Source: Fidelibacterota bacterium
GTDB lineage: Bacteria > Fidelibacterota > Fidelibacteria > Fidelibacterales > Fidelibacteraceae
NCBI GenBank assembly: GCA_034723415.1
Contig: JAYEOX010000019.1
Span: forward strand, 1-23,882
Direction: 5' to 3'
DNA length: 23,882 nucleotides
Position 1 is the stretch's first letter; each line of letters starts with the position of its first letter. A model generated the notes under the pieces. It did no database searches, was not told where the DNA came from, and worked only from the letters and a program-made list of their open reading frames with translations. Below are positions 16,708-23,882 of this stretch, one piece after another. A program made the translations under genes and the position numbers.

Positions 16708-19674
16708 ATGAAATCAATTTTGAAAACACGAAAATTTAACATAATAATATTTTTGTTAGTGTTATTAATATTCAACTGCGAAAAGAAGACAGAAGTAAAC
16801 AAATTCCAAATTTCCGATTCCGTAAGTATCGCAAAAGAAAAAGATCTAACAGCAATTACAGAAAAAATTCCATTGGATTATTCTGTCTATAAAAAATGGA
16901 AAAAATTAGAGAATCCGAAAATATCCAATAATGGGAAATATGTTTCGTTTGAGATCAATCCCAAAAAAGGTGACGGAAATTTATATATTACAAATGTACA
17001 AAATGGGAGAAAAGATACAATTCCGCGTGGCTATAATGCAAAGTTTTCTCCTAATTCAGATTTAATAGTTTTTAAAATAAAACCGCATTATGATTCGTTA
17101 AGAAATGCAAAACTTGATGATGTAAAAAAAGATAAATTGCCAAAAGATTCACTTGGCATATTAATTTTCAAAATAGATTCTTTGATCAAAAAAAGCAGAG
17201 TGAAATCATTTAAAATCGCTAAAGAAAAATCATCTTGGATCGCTTATCAGTTTGAAAAGGAATTGGAAGAAAAAACAAAAAAAGATTCCGCAAATGTTAC
17301 CGACAGCGTTTTTGTTGCAGATACTTCTGTGGCAGCAGATACTTCTAAAATTGCAGCTATTGACTCTTCTAAAACTGATGATTCCAAAAAGAAACAAGAG
17401 GGCACGAAATTTGTAGTTTTCAATCCGACAGATTTTCAAGAATATGAATATAAAAATATTGACGAATATACAATTTCTAAAAATGGTAAGATTATTGGAT
17501 TCACCTCTAGTATAAAGGATTCAACGGATTCAATTGTTGTAAATTATTTTAACACTGAATCGCAAGAATATAATAGCATTTTCACAAATGAAGGTTATGG
17601 CAAGAAAGTTACTGTTGATGAACAGGGTGCACAACTGAGTTTTTTATATTCACAGGATACAACAAAAGAGAAAACATTTTGTCTTAAATATAATAAAATT
17701 GGCAGAAAAAAAATAATAACGATCGTTGATACATTGACGGAAAGCATTTCTGATAATTGGAGTGTAAGCGAACACGGTAAAATTCATTTTTCAGAAAGTG
17801 GTGAGAAATTATATTTTGGAGTAGCGAAAATTCCCGAGCCTGAGCCGGAAGATACTTTGTTGGAAAAAGAAAAGGTAAAAGTTGATGTTTGGAATTGGAA
17901 AGATCCATATTTACAGACACAGCAACTTCATGATCTGGAAAAAGAAAAGAAACGATCTTATTTAACTGTTTATAAAACAGATAAAAACAAAATAGTACAA
18001 CTTGCAGATGAAAATGTGCCGGAAGTTAGATTAATAAATAACGGTGACGGGAATGTTGCATTGGGAATCTCCGACAAACCCTACAGGCAACTAATTTCTT
18101 GGGATTCTGAATATAAAGATGTTTATTTGATTGATGTTAATTCCGGAAAGAAAAAATTAATTGTAGAAAAGAATCATTATGGTAGAGGAATTTCTCCCGA
18201 TGGGAAATATATTTATTGGTATTGTGACGCTGACAGTTCGTGGTATACGTATTCTATTAGAGGTGAAGAAATTAAGTCGATAACAAAAAACATTAATACG
18301 AATTTTTATAATGAGCTACATGATCGCCCTCGTCAACCCGCTCCCTATGGAATTGCCGGTTGGACAAAAGATGATAAATATGCTTTAATTTATGATAGAT
18401 ATGATATTTGGAAAGTAGATCCGAACGGAAAGAAAAAAGCTGTAAATGTTACAGAACAAGGGAATAAAGGGAATTCTATAAAATTTAGATATGTGAAATT
18501 GGATAAAAAAGCACATTTTATTGATTCCGATAAGAAAATATTATTGGAAGCATTTAATGAGAAAACGAAACAAAATGGGTTTTATTCATTAGTAATTAAT
18601 GACGATAACAGTTTGAAAAAACTCATCTTTGAGGATTATCTATTTCGCACACCACAAAAAGCAAAGGACAGCGACAAGTTAATTTGGCAAAAAGGTAATT
18701 ATAAGAAGTATCCCGAATTACGTGTAAGTAATTTAGATTTTAGTAATACCAAAAAATTGTCATTAACTAATCCGCAACAGAAAAAATATATTTGGGGAAC
18801 TGTTGAGCTGATGGATTGGACAAATTTAGAAGGTAAAAAGTTACAGGGATTGTTATATAAACCGGAAAATTTTGACAGCACCAAAAAATATCCGATGTTG
18901 GTTTATTTCTATGAAAGACGATCAAATGGTTTCCATTATCATTATACACCAAGTCCGAGCCGTTCGACAATAAGTAAAATAATGTATCCGAGTAATGGCT
19001 ATCTTGTATTCATTCCGGACATTATCTATAAAAATGGCCATCCCGGGCAGAGTGCATATAATTGTATCGTCAGCGGTGTATCACATTTGATCGACAAATA
19101 TGATTTTATTAATAAGGACAAGATAGGAATTCAAGGTCAAAGTTGGGGCGGATATCAGGTTGCATATTTAGTAACAAAAACGAATATGTTTGCAGCTGCG
19201 ATGGCCGGGGCGCCGGTAAGTAATATGACAAGTGCTTATGGTGGAATTCGTTGGGGAAGCGGTTTAAGTAGAATGATGCAATACGAAAAAGGACAAAGTC
19301 GTATTGGCGGAACTCTTTGGGAAAAACCGTTATTGTATCTCGAAAATTCACCACTGTTTCAAGCAGACGATATTTCAACACCACTTTTAATTATGCATAA
19401 TACAAATGATGGAGCGGTGCCATGGTATCAAGGAATAGAATTTTTTGTTGCATTGCGGAGATTGCAAAAACCCGTGTGGATGTTGTCATACAATGATGAT
19501 TCACATAATTTAAAGAGTGAAAACTGGGGAAACAGGGTGGATTTAAGTATTCGCATGAGACAATTTTTTGATCATTATTTGAAAGATGAACCGGCTCCTG
19601 TTTGGCTTGAAAAGGGAATTCCCGCGATTGATAAAGGAAAAGAGTTAGGATATGAATTAGTTGATGAAAAATGA
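16708..19674 (+). CDS. S9 (prolyl oligopeptidase/acylaminoacyl peptidase) family serine peptidase, probable lipoprotein
   Basis: AGGAG RBS before ATG 16708; hydrophobic signal ending LIFNC; beta-propeller-like N region; GQSWGGY nucleophile, DGAVPW Asp, DSHNL His. Confidence 0.93.
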   Translation: MKSILKTRKFNIIIFLLVLLIFNCEKKTEVNKFQISDSVSIAKEKDLTAITEKIPLDYSVYKKWKKLENPKISNNGKYVSFEINPKKGDGNLYITNVQNGRKDTIPRGYNAKFSPNSDLIVFKIKPHYDSLRNAKLDDVKKDKLPKDSLGILIFKIDSLIKKSRVKSFKIAKEKSSWIAYQFEKELEEKTKKDSANVTDSVFVADTSVAADTSKIAAIDSSKTDDSKKKQEGTKFVVFNPTDFQEYEYKNIDEYTISKNGKIIGFTSSIKDSTDSIVVNYFNTESQEYNSIFTNEGYGKKVTVDEQGAQLSFLYSQDTTKEKTFCLKYNKIGRKKIITIVDTLTESISDNWSVSEHGKIHFSESGEKLYFGVAKIPEPEPEDTLLEKEKVKVDVWNWKDPYLQTQQLHDLEKEKKRSYLTVYKTDKNKIVQLADENVPEVRLINNGDGNVALGISDKPYRQLISWDSEYKDVYLIDVNSGKKKLIVEKNHYGRGISPDGKYIYWYCDADSSWYTYSIRGEEIKSITKNINTNFYNELHDRPRQPAPYGIAGWTKDDKYALIYDRYDIWKVDPNGKKKAVNVTEQGNKGNSIKFRYVKLDKKAHFIDSDKKILLEAFNEKTKQNGFYSLVINDDNSLKKLIFEDYLFRTPQKAKDSDKLIWQKGNYKKYPELRVSNLDFSNTKKLSLTNPQQKKYIWGTVELMDWTNLEGKKLQGLLYKPENFDSTKKYPMLVYFYERRSNGFHYHYTPSPSRSTISKIMYPSNGYLVFIPDIIYKNGHPGQSAYNCIVSGVSHLIDKYDFINKDKIGIQGQSWGGYQVAYLVTKTNMFAAAMAGAPVSNMTSAYGGIRWGSGLSRMMQYEKGQSRIGGTLWEKPLLYLENSPLFQADDISTPLLIMHNTNDGAVPWYQGIEFFVALRRLQKPVWMLSYNDDSHNLKSENWGNRVDLSIRMRQFFDHYLKDEPAPVWLEKGIPAIDKGKELGYELVDEK

Positions 19675-19685
19675 TAAATAAATAT

Positions 19686-19714
19686 TTGTATTATTCAAAA
19701 ATAATTTATATTAT
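19686..19714 (+). promoter_or_regulatory. Possible sigma70-type promoter for the dehydrogenase-citDE-citF unit
   Basis: TTGTAT-17 nt-TATTAT, followed by a GGAG RBS before ATG 19746. The AT-rich background makes a chance match plausible. Confidence 0.3.
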
Positions 19715-19745
19715 TAAATTTATGATATATTACGGAGTAAAGTAA

Positions 19746-20792
19746 ATGAAAGCTGCATTATTTTATAGAGCGTATGAACCACTGGCAATTGAAGATGTAG
19801 ATATACCCAAAATAGGCGAAGATGATCTACTCGTTTCGGTTAAAACATGTTCACTTTGCCATTCTGATATCCAATTTATTGATCATGGATTAGCCCCCGG
19901 GAAAACACCGCCATTAATATTAGGTCATGAAGTTGCCGGAGATGTAGCAAAAATTGGTTCTAATGTAAAAAATTATAAAGTTGGTGACAGGGTAATAATT
20001 CCTGCTTCAAAAAGTTGTGGAAAATGTTTGGCTTGTAAATCCTGGAATGAAACACAGTGTGAAGATTTCCAATTGTTGGGAAATGATATTGACGGCGGAT
20101 TAGCTGAATACATAAAAGTTAATCATAATGATCCAATTCGTTTGCCTTATGAGTATTCTTATGAATTGGGAAGTTTAATTAGCAATGTTTTTGTTGGTGC
20201 GTATCATGTAGTATTTGATAGAGTAAATATTCATGAAGGAGAAACAGTAGTAATATTTGGCTCGGGAGCTTATGGATTAAGTATTCTTCAAATGGCAAAA
20301 ATGAAAAAAGCAAAAGTATATATGGTGGATATATTTGATTGGAAGTTGAAAATTGCTAAAAAATATGGAGCGGATGGTGTATTAAATTCAAACAAAGCAG
20401 ATGTATGTGAAGAAGCGATAATTGATGAGATACATGGTAAAGCAGATGTTATTATTGAAACGATAGGAGTAACAAGAACACTTACACAAGCAATGAATGC
20501 GTTAAAGAAAGGCGGGAAATTAGTGTTAAGCGGATTCTCAGAAAATACAGTTCCATTTTTGGTGAAACGATTAATTCTTAACGAAATATCTTTGATCGGA
20601 ACTGTCGGAGCACCAAAACGAAAAATATTTAATATTATGCAGTATATACAAGACAAAAGAATTCAATGGGAAGATATGATCACAGATCGGTTTCCTTTGG
20701 AAAAGGTCAATGATGGAATAAATTTATTGAGAATGCAACAATCAATTAAAACAATGATCTATCCAAATGGAATGGATAAAAATAAAAAATAA
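19746..20792 (+). CDS. Zinc-dependent medium-chain dehydrogenase/reductase
   Basis: Catalytic Zn motifs CHSD and GHE; structural Zn CGKCLAC...C; Rossmann GSGAYG with an acidic residue in VDI (NAD-type). Confidence 0.92.
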   Translation: MKAALFYRAYEPLAIEDVDIPKIGEDDLLVSVKTCSLCHSDIQFIDHGLAPGKTPPLILGHEVAGDVAKIGSNVKNYKVGDRVIIPASKSCGKCLACKSWNETQCEDFQLLGNDIDGGLAEYIKVNHNDPIRLPYEYSYELGSLISNVFVGAYHVVFDRVNIHEGETVVIFGSGAYGLSILQMAKMKKAKVYMVDIFDWKLKIAKKYGADGVLNSNKADVCEEAIIDEIHGKADVIIETIGVTRTLTQAMNALKKGGKLVLSGFSENTVPFLVKRLILNEISLIGTVGAPKRKIFNIMQYIQDKRIQWEDMITDRFPLEKVNDGINLLRMQQSIKTMIYPNGMDKNKK

Positions 20793-21985
20793 TGGAGGAG
20801 AACACATTGCAAAAAATAGCAAAATCCGGCAATGATGGAAGATCGGTAAAATCTGATTGCTCTGTTGAGATAAAGCTTAAAGATAGCGGTGGTATTTCAA
20901 TTAATTTAAAAAGCAAGGTAAAAGCATATTACGAAAATTCCATAAATGAACTTTGCAAAAATGAGTTGGAATATTTTAATATTAAAAATGCTGAAGTTGT
21001 GATCAATGACCTGGCTGCACTTGATTATGTGATTATGGCAAGAATAGAATCAGCTATTAAAAAGTTAATAAAAACAGAAAAAGAGTATTTGCCTGAAGAA
21101 AATTTAGTTCATACAAGAGCGACAAAAAAAGATCGTTTGAGAAGATCTCGTTTGTATCTTCCCGGAAATTCACCCAAGTTTTTTATGAATGCGGGATTGC
21201 ACAACGCCGATGGAATTATTTTGGATTTGGAAGATTCGGTTTCTCCTGATAAGAAAGATGAAGCAAAAATATTGGTTAGAAATACACTTATTAAGGCAGA
21301 TTTTTATAATTCTGAAAAGATGGTGAGAATTAATCAACTTCCGGCAGGATTAGATGATTTAAAATTTGTAGCACCATATAATGTAAATGTGATTTTAATA
21401 CCAAAGTGCGAAACGGCAGAGCAGGTTATTGAAGTGGAAAATAAGATCGAAGAGATAATGAATGAGAGAAAATTAAAAAACACTATTTGGTTGATGCCGA
21501 TAATTGAAAGTGCTTTAGGTGTTGTTAATTCATATAAAATCGCATCTGCTTCTGACAAAGTCATTGCCTTGGCTATTGGTTTGGAAGATTACACAGCCGA
21601 CATTGGAACCGAAAGAACAAGTGAAGGAATTGAGTCATTTTTTGCAAGAAGTCAAATAATGAATTCTGCAAAAGCCACAGGAGTGCAAGCGATCGGTTCG
21701 GTATTCAGTGATGTAAGCGACCCGGACGGATTAAGAAAATATGTTAAAGATGCGAAAGCGCTGGGATTTGATGGAATCGGATGTATTCATCCGAGACAAA
21801 TTGCAATTATTCATGAATCGTTCATGCCCACGAAAGATGAAATAAGTAAAGCAAAGAAAATTGTTGATGCTTTTAAAGATGCAGAGAAAAAAGGGCTTGG
21901 CGTAGTTTCTATCGGATCAAAAATGATAGATCCACCGGTTGTAAAAAGAGCCGAACAGACACTTAAAATGTCAAAAAATAAATAG
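20792..21985 (+). CDS. citE: Fused citrate lyase acyl-carrier (CitD-like) and citryl-CoA lyase beta subunit (CitE)
   Basis: The N-terminal ~90 aa are CitD-like (KSDCSVEI, LKSKVK, NDLAALDYVIMARIESA). The rest is CitE: RRSRLYLPGN, ILDLEDSV, VRIN, IPKCE, IIESALG, GLEDY, GFDGIGCIHPRQI, GSKMIDPP. Confidence 0.9.
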   Translation: MEENTLQKIAKSGNDGRSVKSDCSVEIKLKDSGGISINLKSKVKAYYENSINELCKNELEYFNIKNAEVVINDLAALDYVIMARIESAIKKLIKTEKEYLPEENLVHTRATKKDRLRRSRLYLPGNSPKFFMNAGLHNADGIILDLEDSVSPDKKDEAKILVRNTLIKADFYNSEKMVRINQLPAGLDDLKFVAPYNVNVILIPKCETAEQVIEVENKIEEIMNERKLKNTIWLMPIIESALGVVNSYKIASASDKVIALAIGLEDYTADIGTERTSEGIESFFARSQIMNSAKATGVQAIGSVFSDVSDPDGLRKYVKDAKALGFDGIGCIHPRQIAIIHESFMPTKDEISKAKKIVDAFKDAEKKGLGVVSIGSKMIDPPVVKRAEQTLKMSKNK

Positions 21986-22163
21986 CCACGAAAAATGCAC
22001 GAAAGTAAATTGAATCATATAAAATATATAAGAATTTTTTTGTTTAGTAGTTTAGAGGTTTAGAATAATGAGCAAAAAATTTCGATTAATAAGCAGAAAA
22101 ATCAATTATGATATTAAAAACAAAAAGCACTCATTGTGAACTTTGTGATTCCTTTGTGGTTAA
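21983..22163. repeat. Intergenic cluster of short tandem repeats between citE and citF
   Basis: TAGC-CACGAAA-AATG-CACGAAA (21983-22004); CATATAAAATATATAAG (22016-22032); GTTTAGTA-GTTTAGAG-GTTTAGAA (22042-22065); CATTGTGAA-CTTTGTGATTC-CTTTGTG-GTTAA (22132-22163). Confidence 0.7.
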
Positions 22164-22189
22164 TAAATATTTAGGAGGATAAAAAAATA

Positions 22190-23743
22190 ATGGCTCAAAA
22201 AATGATAAAGAATGCAGTTGGTCGAATGATACCAAAAAAGATAAATGGAGAAAAAGTAATTCCTTTTAAAGGTGTCGGTAAATATAAACCCACGGGGAAA
22301 AGATACGCACCAAAATTAAAAACTGTAATTGATTTTCCTTCAGACGGAAATAAAATTGTAAAAAATATTAAAGTTGCATTGCAAAAAGCCGGTTTAAAAG
22401 ATGGGATGACAATTTCGACACATCATCATTTTAGGAATGGTGATCTTGTCGCAAATATGGTTTTTGATGCAGTGAATGAACTTGGTGTAAAAAATATTCG
22501 ATGGTTTCCCTCAGCTTCATTCCCCTGTCATGAACATCTTATACAATATTTGGAAGATGGAACTATAAGTCATATTGAAGGAAGCATGAATGGTGCACTT
22601 GGTAAATATTGTTCTGAAGGTAAAATGAAGAAAACAGCTGTACTGCGGTCGCATGGCGGTCGTTACCAAGCTGTTCAAGACGGAGAAGTTGAGATAGATA
22701 TTGCTGTTTTGGGAGCAGGATGTGCCGATCCGTTCGGTAATGCAAATGGTTTATATGGCGAATCTGCAAGTGGATTGCTCGGATTTGCTTTAGCTGATTC
22801 TCAATATGCAGATAAGGTAATCGTTGTTACGGATAATTTAGTCGAATTTCCGTGCGTGCCTTGGCAAATACAGGGAAATTATGTCGATTATACTGTGAAA
22901 GTTGAAAAGGTCGGTATTGCTGAAAAAATTGTTTCTGGTACTACTCGCATTACAAAAAGCCCGGATAGATTATTGATCGCGGAAATGACTGCGAAATTTT
23001 GTGACAAGGTTGGAATAATTAAAGATGGCTTTTCTTTTCAAGCCGGAGCCGGTGGAACTTCATTAGCTATAGGAGATTATTTTGCTAAAATTATGCGAGA
23101 AAAAAATATAACTGCAAGATTTGCTCGCGGTGGAAGTAATAAATATCTTGTTGACATGTTAAATGAAGGTTTAGTTGAATATATATTAGATGGGCAAGCT
23201 TTTGATCTTGACGCTGTGAAATCGATGGCAGAAAATTCCAATCATGTTTGGACAAGTCCATTTACAAGTTATAATTATCATGGCAAGGGAAATTTTGCGG
23301 GAATGGTTGATGTTGTAGTTCTCGGAGCAACCGAAGTAGATGTAAATTTTAATGCAAATGTTGTAACACATTCCGATGGTGCACTGTTACACGGTATCGG
23401 CGGATGGCAAAATTGCCTCTTTTCAAAATGTACAATTCTTCCTATTCCACTTTTTAGAAATAGAATTCCGATAATCAAAGATGAAGTTACAACTATTGTC
23501 GGCCCGGGCGAACTTATTGATGTAATCGTTACAGAAAGAGGAATTGCAATAAATCCACGAAGAAAAGATCTGCTGAAAAAAGTGAAACGATCCGGATTAC
23601 CAATTAAAACAATTGAAGAATTAAAGGAAGAGGCGGAGAAGATCTGCGGGAAACCGGAAAAACCTAAATTTGGGAATAAAATAATCGCTGCAATCAAATG
23701 GGTTGATGGGACTGTTATTGATGTTGTGAGACAAGTGAAGTAA
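22190..23743 (+). CDS. citF: Citrate lyase alpha subunit (citrate CoA/ACP transferase)
   Basis: LKDGMTISTHHHFRNGD, LRSHGGR, DPFGNANG, GFSFQAGAGG, LGATEVDVNFNANV, GIGGWQ, DVIVTERGIAINP, DGTVIDVVRQV. AGGAGG RBS at 22173-22178. Confidence 0.95.
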   Translation: MAQKMIKNAVGRMIPKKINGEKVIPFKGVGKYKPTGKRYAPKLKTVIDFPSDGNKIVKNIKVALQKAGLKDGMTISTHHHFRNGDLVANMVFDAVNELGVKNIRWFPSASFPCHEHLIQYLEDGTISHIEGSMNGALGKYCSEGKMKKTAVLRSHGGRYQAVQDGEVEIDIAVLGAGCADPFGNANGLYGESASGLLGFALADSQYADKVIVVTDNLVEFPCVPWQIQGNYVDYTVKVEKVGIAEKIVSGTTRITKSPDRLLIAEMTAKFCDKVGIIKDGFSFQAGAGGTSLAIGDYFAKIMREKNITARFARGGSNKYLVDMLNEGLVEYILDGQAFDLDAVKSMAENSNHVWTSPFTSYNYHGKGNFAGMVDVVVLGATEVDVNFNANVVTHSDGALLHGIGGWQNCLFSKCTILPIPLFRNRIPIIKDEVTTIVGPGELIDVIVTERGIAINPRRKDLLKKVKRSGLPIKTIEELKEEAEKICGKPEKPKFGNKIIAAIKWVDGTVIDVVRQVK

Positions 23744-23746
23744 GAC

Positions 23747-23774
23747 TTAACCGCAGAGACGCAGAGACGCAAAG
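23747..23774 (+). repeat. TTAACC-headed short tandem repeat (GCAGAGAC, 8-nt period, about 3 copies) just after the citF stop
   Basis: TTAACC-GCAGAG-AC-GCAGAG-AC-GCAAAG. Confidence 0.75.
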
Positions 23775-23882
23775 AAAAAAGAAATTAAGCTAAATGTTCA
23801 TGTCCCGATACGTTAAAGTTATAAAGCTTGCCCAGTGAAATGCAAAGCATATTTCTACAGGATAAATAAAAACGCAAGGGAA

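Noticed and set aside
23278..23772. 164-aa minus-strand ORF and other short antisense ORFs within mfd, mnmG, the peptidase and the cit genes
   Set aside because: They overlap well-supported genes on the opposite strand and show no recognisable motifs.
23827..23878. Imperfect hairpin GAAATGC-AAA-GCATATTTC as a terminator or REP element
   Set aside because: The stem is short and bulged, has no U-tract, occurs once and lies at the window edge.

Overview
AT-rich bacterial chromosomal segment that most likely contains the replication origin. Lineage is inferred only: a diderm with lipoproteins, SurA-type chaperones and Shine-Dalgarno sites, plausibly FCB-related and non-Bacteroidetes. The minus strand (1-16452) carries mnmG, mfd, three parvulin/SurA-type foldases, a candidate oriC, dnaN, recF, a DUF502 gene with a probable ATT start, and a DAK2-DegV (FakA-FakB) fusion. 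It ends in a separate unit of PP2C phosphatase, a truncated tandem-wHTH protein and a Ser/Thr kinase that runs off the left edge. The plus strand (16708-23743) carries an S9 peptidase lipoprotein, a Zn-dependent dehydrogenase, a citD-citE fusion and citF. Two parS palindromes sit on the translation starts of mfd and mnmG. The most unusual signals are: (i) two 11-bp (non-triplet) tandem arrays inside the wHTH gene between the phosphatase and the kinase; (ii) short tandem-repeat elements headed by TTAACC/TAGCC, two of them directly behind stop codons; (iii) an oriC-like locus before dnaN with no dnaA; (iv) a citrate-lyase ACP domain lacking its canonical attachment Ser position.
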